Source of the DNA: an uncultured bacterium
GTDB taxonomy: Bacteria > Verrucomicrobiota > Verrucomicrobiia > Limisphaerales > UBA8199
Direction of reading: 5' to 3'
Length of the DNA stretch: 64,000 nt
Assembly: GCA_963749495.1 (NCBI GenBank)
Contig: CAVVMW010000023.1
Location: 320,001-384,000, forward strand
Under the pieces are notes generated by a model that worked only from the letters and a program-made list of their open reading frames with translations, made no database searches and was not told where the DNA came from. Shown one piece after another: positions 20,507-31,831 of this stretch (its first letter is position 1; the number at the start of each line of letters is the position of its first letter). The translations under genes and the position numbers were made by a program.

Positions 20507-20838
20507 GGGCCCAAGGCGCGGCAAGCTCCTAAGGGCGTTACGCAGATCTGATCAAATGCGCCCACACCGCAACACCGCAGCGCCGGCCCTGAAAACGGTT
20601 GCGCCGGCCGGGCTGCGTGCAGTAGGCTGGCGGGCCGCGAATGGAATTAGAGCAAATCATAGATTCCCTCGCGCTCGGCCGGTCCTTCCCATGCCTGCTC
20701 CGGACACGGAGGGGGTCGCGAGCTGCGGATGAATTGGCCCGCGCGCGGGCTGCCGGCCAGTGGAGCGCGCCCGGCCGCCGCCTCCCGGAGGAGGGCCGGG
20801 GCGGGGGCGCGCGCGTCAAGCCAGGGAGGAGCTAGGCC

Positions 20839-22467
20839 GTGTCTCGATTTCGACGCGCTGCCCACGCCTTGGCCTCCGGGTACGTGGTGCTGGCAACCTC
20901 CTCGGTGTTCGCACTGGTGTCGGTGCCGGTGGCGCTGCACTACCTGCCGGAAATGCGATTATTCGGGCTGTGGGGCTTGATGTCGAGCATCCAGCTCTTC
21001 TTTAGCCTGGTGGATTTTGGCATGTCGGGGTCGGTAGCGCGTCTGCTCATCGACCACAAGGATGACCGGGCCGGGGGTGTCTATGGGGGCCTGGTCAAGA
21101 CAGGCTGGCTGGTGCTGTTGGCGCAGGGGGTCATCGCTTTTGTGGCCGGTTACCTCTTGGCGCCGGTGCTGGGCGCTGTGCTCCATGGGAGTGAGGACAA
21201 GGGGATCCCGCCGGAGTTGCAGCCGACATTTGTCGCGCTGGTCAGATGGCAGTGCGCCATCCTGGCGCTGGGTTTTGCCACGCGCATCTTCGGCCACATC
21301 CTGGCCGCCTTTCAGAGGTACGATATCGTCAATTACAGCTCGGTCGTGGCCGGGCTCTTGAACCTTGGGCTGCTTTGGTGGTTCCTGGCCACGGGGAGCG
21401 GGGTGTTCAGCCTGATCTGGGCGGGCCTGCTGAGCCTGGCGGTCTCAAACCTGCTCTGCGGGGCGGCGTGCTGGAGGCTGGGCTTGTTTCCTCCGGCCGG
21501 GGCGTGGGGGCGCGCCTCCTGGCGCCAGTTCAAGGAGTTGTTTGGCTACGGCAAGGACGTCTTCCTGGTTGGGGTCGGCTCGCAGCTTATCCTTTACAGC
21601 CAACCGTTGATCATCACGGCCTGCCTGGGGCTCAAGGCTACCACGGCCTGGACGATCGGCACGCGCCCCTTCGCCATGATCATCCAGGCGGTCTGGCGTG
21701 TCTTTGACTTCTCCGGGCCGGCCTTCTCCGAGATGATGGTGCGGGGCGAACAGCCGCTCTTGCGGGAGCGCTACAAGAGCGTCCTGGTCCTGAGCGCTTC
21801 GCTCGCAGGTGTCGCGGCGGTTTGCTTCGTGCTTTGCAACAGCGCCTTCTTCACGGTCTGGACCTACTTCAAGCAGCACACGGAGCCCGGCGCCGGCCTG
21901 GCCTGGTTTCCGGTCTATGACCTGTTCCTCGGCGTCTGGATGGTAGTCCTGGCCGTCCAGCACTGCCATGATACTTTGGTGTTGCTCACCAAGAAGGTCG
22001 GCGCCCTGCGGTATATGATGTTTGTCGAAGGGCTGGTCTTCGCGGCGGCAGCCCTGCTGAGCGCCGGCTGGGGCGGGCTGCCGGCAGTGATTGGGTGTTC
22101 CATCGTGTGTACGACTTGTTTCAGCGGGGCTTATGGGGTTTGGCGGGTGAGCCATTCTTTTGGGCTTTCGGTTCGGGAGGTGGCCTTGCGCTGGCTGCGG
22201 CCGATGGCGGAGGTCCTGATCCGGTTCATCCCGGCGGCGCTGCTCATCTGGTGGGTGGGCGGGCGGCTGAATTGGCTGCCGGCGCAGGGCGTTCGGGGGA
22301 ACGAGGCGGCCTATCACGCCCTGTTCAACCTGGCCTTCAATGCGGTGCTCGGGGGAACGCTCGGCTTGTGCTTGTTTCTGCGCTACGGCCTGCCCGAGGC
22401 CATTCAGCAGGAACTGCTCCAACGCTCGCCCGGCCGCATCCGCCCCGTTCTGCGCCGCCTCTTTTAA
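20839..22467 (+). CDS. polysaccharide flippase-like (Wzx/MOP) membrane protein
   Basis: GGGAGG RBS; many TM segments; FGLWGLM...LVDFGMSGSVAR; FKELFGYG. Confidence 0.8.
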   Translation: MSRFRRAAHALASGYVVLATSSVFALVSVPVALHYLPEMRLFGLWGLMSSIQLFFSLVDFGMSGSVARLLIDHKDDRAGGVYGGLVKTGWLVLLAQGVIAFVAGYLLAPVLGAVLHGSEDKGIPPELQPTFVALVRWQCAILALGFATRIFGHILAAFQRYDIVNYSSVVAGLLNLGLLWWFLATGSGVFSLIWAGLLSLAVSNLLCGAACWRLGLFPPAGAWGRASWRQFKELFGYGKDVFLVGVGSQLILYSQPLIITACLGLKATTAWTIGTRPFAMIIQAVWRVFDFSGPAFSEMMVRGEQPLLRERYKSVLVLSASLAGVAAVCFVLCNSAFFTVWTYFKQHTEPGAGLAWFPVYDLFLGVWMVVLAVQHCHDTLVLLTKKVGALRYMMFVEGLVFAAAALLSAGWGGLPAVIGCSIVCTTCFSGAYGVWRVSHSFGLSVREVALRWLRPMAEVLIRFIPAALLIWWVGGRLNWLPAQGVRGNEAAYHALFNLAFNAVLGGTLGLCLFLRYGLPEAIQQELLQRSPGRIRPVLRRLF

Positions 22468-22628
22468 TAACAGAAGGGCGCCGGCGCGGTGCGCCGGCGC
22501 CCTGTGTGGGGCTGCAGCATCAAGAGGGCAATGTGTCGAGCGTGGAGCGTGGGGTCATCGGGGGACGATACTGCACTGCACACCAGGCCCGCCACGCTCC
22601 AACGCTCGAAAGCTCGGGCCTGGGCCGG

Positions 22629-23658
22629 TCACCTCCGCCAACCGAAATTGACGTTGATAAAGACCTGCTTGGAAGAGGCCCGGATACCCGACTGGCTCAG
22701 GGCCTTGGCCTGAAGGAAGTAGAGGCCGCTGGGGGCATTGGACCAGACCATGGAATAGGGCGCATTGGTAGCCGTGCCCAACATGTGGCTGTTCGCATAA
22801 AAGCTAACGCTGGCTATCGAGCCGCCCGGGTCGGTGGCATTGGCATCAATTTCGATGTTTGCGCCGCGGGCGAAATTTTGCCCGTTGGTCGGGTTGGTGA
22901 TGCTCACCGCCGGCACGTCACTGGTGATGGTCATGGAAACCGGGGCTGAGAGAGTCGAGTGGTTGACCTCGTCAACCGCGCGGGCAAAGAGCGAGGTACT
23001 GGCCCGGACGCCCGTTGGTCCACACCATCGAGTAAGGGCTGCTGGTGACGCGACCGAGGAGGTCGTCGTTCGCATAGAAGCTCACGCTCAGGATCCGCAC
23101 CCCCAGGTCGCTGGCATCGGCCTCCAGCGTGATGGAGGCGGGGAAGGCGAAGATGCTGCCGTTGGTCGGGCTGGTCAGGGTAATGGTGGGCGGCGCGAGA
23201 TTGAAAATATCGTCCACGATCGTGATCGTGGCGCGCCGATTCGGGCCAATCGAATAGGAGGCGTTGGTCTGGGCCGTCACGATGACGGTCTTGTTCCCGC
23301 GATCTCCATTCATGATGGGAACGATCGGGACATCAACTGCCAGGAAGCCGGCCGGGATGGTCACCACATCGGCAATCTTCTGGTAATTAACCCCGTTGGA
23401 GGCAGTGCCGGAAATCGTCAGGTTCACTGCCAGGTCGGCGTTGGTCGGTCCGGAGCGCAGCAGGGTGAACGCGCCCGAACTTGTCCCGAGTAAGGCAGTC
23501 GGGTCTGTGGCCAGCACCATCACCGAAGGCACCGCGACAGGCGGGGGGACGGGCGGGGTCTGCGCGCACATCCAGGTGTTCCACCCCGCAAAGCACAAGA
23601 TCAAGCCGATCTGTCTCCAATTCCAGCATTCTATCCTCCAGCATTCTTTCCTTTTCAT
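22629..23658 (-). CDS. secreted Calx-beta/Ig-like (Big) domain protein, frameshifted
   Basis: ISGTASNGVNY; two repeats of PTITLTSPTNG/PAVSITNPTNG...VSFYAN...PYSMVW, in different frames. Confidence 0.75.
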
Positions 23659-23895
23659 AGCATTATCACTTACTTGGTTTAGTTAATTCATGAGCATCCA
23701 GAGTCTCAGGCACAACTCGGTGCTCGATGTGACGTAGGCAGGAAATGTGCCAAGGGCCATATCCGGGTGTCCGGCTCATGGTCCCGGCTCTGCGGGCCTC
23801 CCTGGGGGGACCCCGCTTGCCCCCGCAATGCCCGCCACCCCAGCGGGCTCTGCCGGGCAGTTCCTCATACTTCCATCAGGATTCCATCAAGATCC

Positions 23896-25093
23896 TTATT
23901 GTGGCTGCGCCACCGGAGCTTGGGGAGATTTCCCCAGAGGACTGGGGATTAGTTCCCAGCTTGCCCTTTCACTGTCCGCCATGTTGCCCGTGTTGCGGGG
24001 ATTGCCACGGAACTTTGGCCAAGGGCTGCGGGCCAGGGGCAGGGTCGAGTCCAGGGCACAGAAGTAACCTCCGCGTTCGCAGATGTAGGAGACGCCGCTT
24101 GGCCCGACGGCCTGGCAGGCATAGCCGCCGCCGTAGCAATAATACTGGCACACCGGCTCTCGTTTCTCATCCAGGGTGAGCAGCAACCCGCGGCGGGAGA
24201 TGAAACTGGCGGTGCCATCCGCCAGGGCCACGGGCGCCGCATCGATGGGCTCTTCAATCCAGCGCGGCCATTTCTGCGTGCCGTCCGGGTTCACGGCCCA
24301 GAGCTCCTGGTTGACCCCCACGTAAAGGGTCCCGTCCTCGGCTATGACAGGCGAGGACTCGGTAATGCCCCCGGTGAGCAGGCGCCAGCGCAGCGAGCCG
24401 TCCAGGTTCAGGGCGTAGAGATAGCCATCCACCGACGTGAAATAGAGCCCTCGATCCAGGTTCAGCGCCGGGGATGAGAGGATTGGGCCGCCCGTGGCGA
24501 ATTCCCATTTCTTGGTTCCCTCCGGGCCAAGGGCATATAACTTCCGGTCGTGAGACCCGAAATAGATCGTGCCGTCCAGGCCGATGGCTGGCGAAGAGGT
24601 GACCGCGCCGGCGGCGGGGAATTGCCACCGCTTCGAGCCATCGGGCCGCAGGGCATAGAAATTCCCGTCCCACCCGCCAAAATAGACGGTCCCATCGCGG
24701 GCCAGGGCGGGCGAGGAATTGAACCCATCGGCCGGTGCGGAACTTCCACCTGAGCCTGCCATTGGGCCGCACGGCATAGAAGTGCCGGTCGCGTGAGCCG
24801 ACATAAACCGTGCCGTCGGCGCCCACGGCCGGCGAGGACTTGATCTCCCGTTCCGTGCGAAACGTCCAGCGGACCGTGCCGTTGGTCTCCACAGCCCAGA
24901 GCTTGCCATCGCGGACACCGAAATAAAGCGTGCCGTCCCTGCCCAGGGCGGGAGAAGAATCGCTGTGTTGGGAAACGTTGATTGTCCACAAGTTGGTCAG
25001 CCACCGGGCCTCGCCCCGGGCGGAGGCTGCGCTGAGCGCGAGCAGCAGCCACAGGCTCTTTGGCAATATCGTCTTCAATGCGCCCGAGAGCAT
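23896..25093 (-). CDS. PQQ-like beta-propeller repeat protein, frameshift near 24720
   Basis: Repeated SSPAxxxDGTxYFGSxDxxxYA...W units; signal peptide; SPWPKFRGNPRNTG. Confidence 0.85.
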
Positions 25094-25100
25094 AACAGAG

Positions 25101-25312
25101 GAAACGTGAAACGTGAAACGTGAAACGTGAAAGGTGAAACGTGAAACGTGAAAGGTGAAACGTGAAATGGCGGCTCGGCGCCGTCGCGTCCCTTTTGTCG
25201 CTTGTGTCCCTTTTGTCCCTTGCACCGTCCCCGCTTGTGGGGCCGCACGTGCACGGTTCAGGGTTCAGGGTTCACGTTTCACGTTTCACGTTTCACGTTT
25301 CACGTTTCACGT
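25101..25312. repeat. Inverted heptamer arrays (GAAACGT)x~9, 9-mer GTCCCTTTT-like array, then (TTTCACG)x~6
   Basis: Visible directly. Confidence 0.95.
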
Positions 25313-26529
25313 TCCCCACCGGCGGGGCCGCACGCGCAAGAGCCAGCGGCGCACCAGGCGCGCCGGGGGAGAGAAGCGCCATGGGCGGCCTCCCCGGAGG
25401 ATTGGTTTGATAGTCCAGCGCCGGGGCCAGGAGACGGGCTGCGCTGAGGGGGGCGGCAGAACGCGCAGCCAGCGATCCGTCATGGCCTGGACGGAGAATT
25501 CGAGGCGCACGGCCTCGCGCGCGTTCCGGGAGAGCCGGTCCAGGTCCTGGCGGTGCGAGTGCAGCCAGACAATGGCCTGGGCATAACCGGCAATGTTATC
25601 GGGCGCCACGAGCTTGCCGGTGTCCGGGTGGACGACCTCGCACACGCCGCTGGGCAGGTCGCTGACCACCGGAACGAGTCCCCGGGCCATGGCCTCCAAC
25701 AGGCTCAGCGGCAGGCCCTCGTAATCCGAGGCCAGCAGGAAGATGTCGTGCTCGGCAAGCACCCGGGGCACGTCGGCATAAGAGATCTTTCCCGGCAAGG
25801 ATACCGTTTGGTTCGGCGCGGCGCTGTTCATGGCCGACTGCAGGAAGGCGCGATCGGGGCCTTCGCCGGCGACGGTCCAGTGGAAGGGGATGCCGGAGGC
25901 AACGAGGGCGTCGAGGATTTGGGGAAAGAGGCGCACCCGTTTTTGTTCCTGTTGGAGCCTGCCCAGGTAGAGAATGCGCAGGGCGCCGCCGGGCCGGCGG
26001 GGAGCGAGGGTCTCGGGCGCGGGCATGGGCACGCCGTAAGGCAGGTAATGGATGGGCACGCGCGCGAAGCCGGGCAGCGCGGCAAGGCCCTGCTGGATGG
26101 CCCTGGAAACGGCTCCCATCGCGTGAACGTGCGGCGCGTAGGGCCGGACCGTCCGATAGACGCCCGGGTCGTGGGACTGGGCCATGCCGATGCGGAACAC
26201 ACCTGGGGGGATGTATCGCAGCGCCTCGAAGGACATGGCGTCCAGGCTGGCAACCACGGCCGTGGCCCGAACCGCGCCACCTCCTGCAGGATGCGTTCCA
26301 GCCGGTCCTCGAAGATCGACCGCCGTTCATCGGTAGTAAAGACCGGGATCCCCAGCCGGGCGAAGTCGTCGGCCAGCGGGCTCTGCTGTTGGAAGCTGAA
26401 TACCGCCGCGCCGGCACCGCGCCGGATCAATTCCCCGGCTAAGTTGCAAAGGAACGTCGTCGCGCCGCCCAGGTCGAGCACTCCCGTGACCAGGGCGACG
26501 CGCTCCGATTGGCCCGGGGCTGCGTTCAT
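25307..26529 (-). CDS. glycosyltransferase family 4, frameshift near 26260
   Basis: LDLGGATTF; LYLGRL...K; SDYEGLPLSLLEAMARG. Confidence 0.88.
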
Positions 26530-26653
26530 CCTGGAGCCTGAATCTCAGGCTTCTTCTCAAGGGCCATTTCGAAAAAGTAATCGAACTGCTTCACGCAATC
26601 GTCCTCTATCTGACCCGGACCGGGCCTGAAGGGTTCATTTTTCAAAACATTAG

Positions 26654-26682
26654 TTGACTCACTGGTTAAAATCCTGTAGTTG
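26654..26682 (+). promoter_or_regulatory. putative sigma70 promoter of the LysR gene
   Basis: TTGACT-17 nt-TAGTTG in an AT-rich divergent intergenic region. Confidence 0.45.
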
Positions 26683-26690
26683 TTTTGCTT

Positions 26691-27575
26691 ATGCAAATCG
26701 AAAGCTTGAAGGTCTTTTGCGATCTGGCCGAGACGGAGAGTTTCACCAGGGCCGCCCAAATCAACGAGGTGACTCAGTCTGCGGTGAGCCAGCAGATCAG
26801 CTCGCTGGAACGGCTGTTCAAGGCGCTGCTGATCGAGCGGAGCAAGAAGCGGTTTCGCCTGACGCGCGAGGGCCAGGTGCTCTACGATTACAGCAAGCAG
26901 ATTACCCAGGCCTTCGAGAGCCTCCGGGGCAAGCTCCAGGAGGTCAAGGAGGCCATCTCGGGCACCATCCGCCTGGCGACCATCTACAGCATCGGCCTGC
27001 ACGACCTGCCGCCCTACCTCAAGAAGTTCCTCAAGGCCTACCCCACCGTCAACGTCCACGTCGAATATCGCCGCGCCAACCAGGTGTATGCGGACGTCAT
27101 CGGCAACGGGGTGGACCTGGGCCTGGTCGCCTATCCGGTGCGGGACGCCAAGCTGGAGACCTGCCCCCTGCGCGAAGACCCGCTGGTCCTTATCTGCCAC
27201 CCCCAGCATCCCCTGGCCCGGCACAAGAACCTCCGCCTCAAGGCGCTCTCCGGCGAGAAATTCATCGGGTTCGAGCCGGACATCCCCACCCGCAAGGCCC
27301 TGGACAAAATCCTCAAGGAGCATTCCGTCACGGTCCGCCACGTGATGGAGTTCGACAACATCGAAACGGTCAAACGCGCCGTCGAGATCGAGGCCGGCGT
27401 GGCCATTGTTCCTCAGGGCACCGTCCTGCAGGAAGTCGCCAAACAGACCCTGGCCCAGGTCACCCTGGAAGATGGCGCCTTCCACCGGCCCCTGGCCGCC
27501 ATCTATAAGAAGAGCAAAGTCCTCTCCCCGGCCATGAAGGAATTCCTGGCAACCTTGAGAGACCGGAAGACCTGA
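26691..27575 (+). CDS. LysR-family transcriptional regulator
   Basis: SFTRAAQINEVTQSAVSQQISSLE HTH plus substrate-binding domain. Confidence 0.95.
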   Translation: MQIESLKVFCDLAETESFTRAAQINEVTQSAVSQQISSLERLFKALLIERSKKRFRLTREGQVLYDYSKQITQAFESLRGKLQEVKEAISGTIRLATIYSIGLHDLPPYLKKFLKAYPTVNVHVEYRRANQVYADVIGNGVDLGLVAYPVRDAKLETCPLREDPLVLICHPQHPLARHKNLRLKALSGEKFIGFEPDIPTRKALDKILKEHSVTVRHVMEFDNIETVKRAVEIEAGVAIVPQGTVLQEVAKQTLAQVTLEDGAFHRPLAAIYKKSKVLSPAMKEFLATLRDRKT

Positions 27576-27598
27576 GTGTCGAGCGTCGAGGGGCGAGG

Positions 27599-27868
27599 GT
27601 GTGCGATCAAAACCGTCGGTCAGCCCAGGGCGCCTTTTTGCCCCGGAGGGGCTTCCGAGAATAGCCCGGCGTTTCAACGCCGGGTGAGCGGACCCAAGGA
27701 GCAGGTCCGTCCCGAAGGGACGGCTGAACGCAAGGAGTGCCCTCAATCGTCCCTTCGGGACGAGGGCCCCTTTTGCGGCCTCCCCGGCGTTGAAACGCCG
27801 GGCTATTGTCAGATGTCCCTCCGGGACAAAACCCCCAAGGGGCATGCCCGACGCTTTCAATCGCACCT
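27599..27868. mobile_element. MITE (ISKra4-like ends) carrying a REP doublet, inserted in a GGCGAGG/GTCGAGG heptamer array
   Basis: Ends GTGCGATCAAAACCGTCGG / CCGACGCTTTCAATCGCAC; near-identical to 46980-47249 and 54242-54512. Confidence 0.88.
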
Positions 27869-27935
27869 GTGTCGAGGGGCGAGGGGCAGTGGTCTGAGTT
27901 CCCTCGACCCTCGACCCTCGACCCTCAACCCTCCT

Positions 27936-28835
27936 CTAAACCTTCGTTTCGTTGGCGCTGCCGCGGCGGTAGCCCTGCAGGTCCAGCGTGACGTGCGCGT
28001 AGCCGAGCTGCCTCAAGGACTCCGTCACCCGCGCTGAAATGCCGTCCTCGAGGAACCTCCGCATCTCGGCCGGTCCCACCTCGATGCGGGCCAGGTGACG
28101 GATGAGGGGCGCAGGCGGGCGGGCACCCGCAGGGGCGGGGGCAGGCGGCAGCCCGGCCGTTGCGGCCGGAAACTGGAAATTGGGCGCGGGCAATTCGTGG
28201 TGCCGGACGCGCACGTCGAAGAACCCGAGGTCGCGCAGGACGTCCTCCGCCAGCTCAATCATCCGGAGCTTTGCAGGCGTCACGGCCTCGCCGTAGGGGA
28301 CGCGCGAACTCAGGCAAGCCATCTGCGGTTTGTCGCCGGTGGGCAGGCCGAGTTGGGCCGAGAGGCGGCGGATTTCCGGCTTGGTGAGGCCCGCCTCTTT
28401 GAGAGGGGCGCGGACCTGGAATTCCGCGGCCGCCTGGGCGCCCGGGCGATAATCGCCCAGGTCGCTGGCATTTTCGCCGTAGGCGATCACGGCCAGGCCT
28501 TCCGCCCTGGCCAGGGGCGCCAATTGGGTGAAGAGTTCGTGTTTGCAGAAGTAGCAGCGGTTGTTCGGGTTGGCCACGTAGTTGGGGTCGTCGAACTCGC
28601 GGGTGCGCAGGACGCGCACCGGGAAATGAAACTGCCCGGCCAGGGCCAGCGCCGCGGCCAACTCGCGCCGGGGCAGGCTGGGGCTATCGGCAATGGCCGC
28701 CACGGATTTGTCCCCAAGCACCTGGTGCGCCACCATGGCCAGGAACGCCGAATCCACACCGCCCGAGTAGGCCACCAGGCAGGAGCCGTAGCCGCGCAAC
28801 AGCGCGCGCAACCGCTCTAATTTCTCCGATTCCAC
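27936..28835 (-). CDS. larE: ATP-dependent sacrificial sulfur transferase LarE-like (PP-loop)
   Basis: VAYSGGVDS, RCYFCK, DYRPG, ACLSSRVPYG, RVRHH...ARIEV, LDLQGYRRGS. Confidence 0.9.
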   Translation of the reverse strand: MESEKLERLRALLRGYGSCLVAYSGGVDSAFLAMVAHQVLGDKSVAAIADSPSLPRRELAAALALAGQFHFPVRVLRTREFDDPNYVANPNNRCYFCKHELFTQLAPLARAEGLAVIAYGENASDLGDYRPGAQAAAEFQVRAPLKEAGLTKPEIRRLSAQLGLPTGDKPQMACLSSRVPYGEAVTPAKLRMIELAEDVLRDLGFFDVRVRHHELPAPNFQFPAATAGLPPAPAPAGARPPAPLIRHLARIEVGPAEMRRFLEDGISARVTESLRQLGYAHVTLDLQGYRRGSANETKV

Positions 28836-28891
28836 AAGCACGTCCAAAGAATGCCACCTATCACACCCCATGTCGAGTAGGAGGTTTCCGC

Positions 28892-28991
28892 AATGACGAA
28901 TGACGAATGACGAATGACGAATGACGAATGACGAATCTCCAATCTCTAATCTCCAATTTCCATTCGTCATTCGTCATTCGTCATTCGTCAT
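28892..28991. repeat. Inverted heptamer arrays (AATGACG)x6, AATCTCC-like units, then (CATTCGT)x4
   Basis: Visible directly between divergent genes. Confidence 0.95.
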
Positions 28992-29187
28992 TAGCCTCTC
29001 TCTCTGTTTCCTCCGTTTCCTCCTGTTCAACTCGGATTCGACGCAGGCCCCGGGCCGGTCGGACTCAAAAAGCGTCAACATGCGCCGCGCCCTCCTGGCA
29101 TCTTGCGCGCACAACAGCATTATGCGAATACCAGCCGAGACCTCAGAGAAGCTTGCGCGGGTGCCCCGCGCCCGTGATGAACGAAAA

Positions 29188-31380
29188 ATGAAGCGGCCCC
29201 AATCCAGTCTGCTGCTGGCCGTGGTGATGGCGTGGGCGTTGGCGGCGCCAGCGGGGGCGCAAGTGCGGCTGCCGAAGGTCTTCGGCAGCCACATGGTGGT
29301 GCAGCAGGAAAAGCCGGTCGTGATCTGGGGCTGGGCCCAGCCCGGCGAGACCCTCACGATCCAGTTTGGCCCGGAGAGCCGCCAGACCCAGGCCAACGCG
29401 CGCGGCGAGTGGCGGGCGGTCCTGTCTTCGAGGAGGGCCGGCGGCCCCTTCACGCTCAGTGTGCGCGGGTCCAGCACGGTGGAATTGGAGGACGTGATGG
29501 TGGGCGAGGTGTGGCTGGCCTCCGGGCAATCGAACATGGAGATGGGCATTGGGGCGTGTCTCAACGCCAGCGAGGAAATCGCCGCCGCCAACTACGCCGG
29601 CATCCGCCTGTTGAAAGTGGGCAAGCGCTGGACGCAGGAGCCGCAAACCGACATCGAGGGCGCCTGGAAGGTCTGCTCGCCCAAGACGGTGTCCGAGGGC
29701 GGCTGGAACGGTTTTTCTGCGGCGGCCTATTACTTTGGGCGGGAACTGCACCGCAAGCTGGGCGTGGCGGTCGGGCTCGATCAATGCTTCCTGGGGCGGC
29801 ACCTGCATCCAGACCTGGACCCCGCCGGAGGGCTTTGCCGAGGTCCGGCCTTGAAAGGCGAGTTCGAGCGGGTCCAACTGGGCGACCCGCGCACCGTCCT
29901 GCACCAGCGGCGCCTGGAGCAGGTCCTGGAGGCGACGCAACGCTGGCTGGAGGCGGCGCGCAAGGCCCAGGCGCAGCGGGCGCTGGTCCCGGCGATGCCA
30001 ACCTACCCGGCCGAGTTGCTCCCGCCGGCCGACGTGCAGAACGCCACCGCCCTGTTCAACGGGATGATCGCCCCCCTCTGCCCCTTTGCGCTGCGCGGCG
30101 CCATCTGGTACCAGGGCGAGTCCAACAGCGGCGAAGGCAAGCTCTACACCGAGCGCATGAAGGCCCTGGTCGGCGGCTGGCGCCGCATCTGGGGCCAAGG
30201 CGATTTCCCCTTCGGCTTCGTCCAGATCGCCCCGTACAACTACGGCGGCAACCCGGAGGTCATCGGCGAATTCTGGGAGGCCCAGGCCGCCGCCCAGGCC
30301 ATCCCCAAGACGGGCATGGCGGTCATCAACGACATCGCCAACCTCAAGGACATCCACCCCGCCAATAAACAGGAGGTCGGCCGCCGCCTCGCCCTGTGGG
30401 CCCTCGCCACCACCTATGGCCAGCCCGACCTCGATTGGTCCGGCCCGACCTTCAAGTCCATGACCGTCGAGGACGACCACATCCGCATCAGCTTCAATAA
30501 TGCCGGCGGCGGCCTGGCCAGCCGCGATGGCAAGCCGTTGACCTGGTTCGAGATCATCGATGCCGACAAAGGCGGATTCGTCCAGGCCGACGCCCGCATT
30601 GACGGCCCCAGCGTGGTCCTCTCCTCGGCCGAGGTGAAGCGCCCGGTGGCGATGCGGTTTGCCTGGAGCATGCTCGCGGAGCCCAACCTGATGAATGCCC
30701 AGGGCCTGCCCGCCGGCGCCTTCCGCGCCGGGACCGTGCCCCATCGCGACCTCCTGGCCCTCAAGGTCCCCGAGGCCAAACAATACCAGTTGGTGTACGA
30801 CCTCGACCTGGCCAAGCTCGGCCGGGACATCACCTATGAGGTGGACAATCACGCCAAGCTCGACAAGCCCTTCGACCGCATCGCCTATTTCCTGGAACTG
30901 CAGGCCAAGGACGGCAACACGCACTACCTCTACGTCTCGATGGAGGCCTTCACCCAAGACCTGGCCAAGATTGGCGTGCCGACCCTCCGCTGCGGCTCGC
31001 GCTTCCAGCAAAATGTGGCCGCCATGGATGTCTATTCCAACGTCCGGGGCATCGTCTCCGGCACCAACCTCTCCGGAGGCAACATCGAGTTCTGGCCCAA
31101 CAACTACGGACCCCAAAACGCCGCCAATGTCCCCAATGCCTCTTCCCAGGCCTTCGATTTCGGCGACGAGATTGCCGAGCCTGCCGACGGCTACGGCTCG
31201 ATGCAGGTACACAACCACGATGCCCGCCAGACGCTCTTCGCCTTGAATCACTGGAGCGAGGGGCGCCGCGCCGACCTGGGCATCGGCAACCAGCCCGGCG
31301 GCAACCCCGATTGGACCTTTGCCCGCAACGCCGAGACCTATCCCGCCAAGCGCCTCCGTGTCCTGGTGCGCTGCCGCTAG
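29188..31380 (+). CDS. secreted sialate O-acetylesterase-like (SGNH) protein with extra C-terminal domain
   Basis: GEVWLASGQSNM, GAIWYQGESN, DIHPANK; short compensated double frameshift near 29780-29845. Confidence 0.9.
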   Translation: MKRPQSSLLLAVVMAWALAAPAGAQVRLPKVFGSHMVVQQEKPVVIWGWAQPGETLTIQFGPESRQTQANARGEWRAVLSSRRAGGPFTLSVRGSSTVELEDVMVGEVWLASGQSNMEMGIGACLNASEEIAAANYAGIRLLKVGKRWTQEPQTDIEGAWKVCSPKTVSEGGWNGFSAAAYYFGRELHRKLGVAVGLDQCFLGRHLHPDLDPAGGLCRGPALKGEFERVQLGDPRTVLHQRRLEQVLEATQRWLEAARKAQAQRALVPAMPTYPAELLPPADVQNATALFNGMIAPLCPFALRGAIWYQGESNSGEGKLYTERMKALVGGWRRIWGQGDFPFGFVQIAPYNYGGNPEVIGEFWEAQAAAQAIPKTGMAVINDIANLKDIHPANKQEVGRRLALWALATTYGQPDLDWSGPTFKSMTVEDDHIRISFNNAGGGLASRDGKPLTWFEIIDADKGGFVQADARIDGPSVVLSSAEVKRPVAMRFAWSMLAEPNLMNAQGLPAGAFRAGTVPHRDLLALKVPEAKQYQLVYDLDLAKLGRDITYEVDNHAKLDKPFDRIAYFLELQAKDGNTHYLYVSMEAFTQDLAKIGVPTLRCGSRFQQNVAAMDVYSNVRGIVSGTNLSGGNIEFWPNNYGPQNAANVPNASSQAFDFGDEIAEPADGYGSMQVHNHDARQTLFALNHWSEGRRADLGIGNQPGGNPDWTFARNAETYPAKRLRVLVRCR

Positions 31381-31399
31381 AGCGGGAGCGCGGGGAACT

Positions 31400-31775
31400 G
31401 GTCGGTGACGGTGGAGACAGACTGCGGGCCAGACCCCTCACCCCGGCCCTCTCGGTCCACGGTCCGGGGCGTGGGAGTCATCGCGCGTCGCGTAGCGACG
31501 CAGTGAAGGTAGCCGTGGACCTCGGTCCACGGTTCAGGGCGGCGGAATGGTCACGCGTCGCGTAGCGACGCCTGACAGCCTCGCGGTTTTCAGGCGTCGC
31601 TACGCGACGCGGTCGAGCTGGGGCCATGGGTCCGTGGACTGGAAGTCCACGGCTACCATCGGGCACCGCTACGCGGTGAGCCGGGGCTACGGAGAATTCC
31701 GCCTCTCCTCTTCCGAAAGGGAAAGGGGCGGGGTGGGGGCTCTGCCCCCGTGACGCCCCCGCCTCCACTGAGGTA
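31400..31775. repeat. nested repeats: REP doublet (CGCGTCGCGTAGCGACGC family, about 31482-31677) inside a CCCTCACCCCGG-family element
   Basis: Outer arms match the 11692 and 55485 copies; inner palindromes are in inverted arrangement. Confidence 0.85.
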
Positions 31776-31831
31776 TGACTCCCTTTAGTCCCTTGCCTTT
31801 GCTTTGCCTCCCGGAAGCGGTATAGTCGCCC

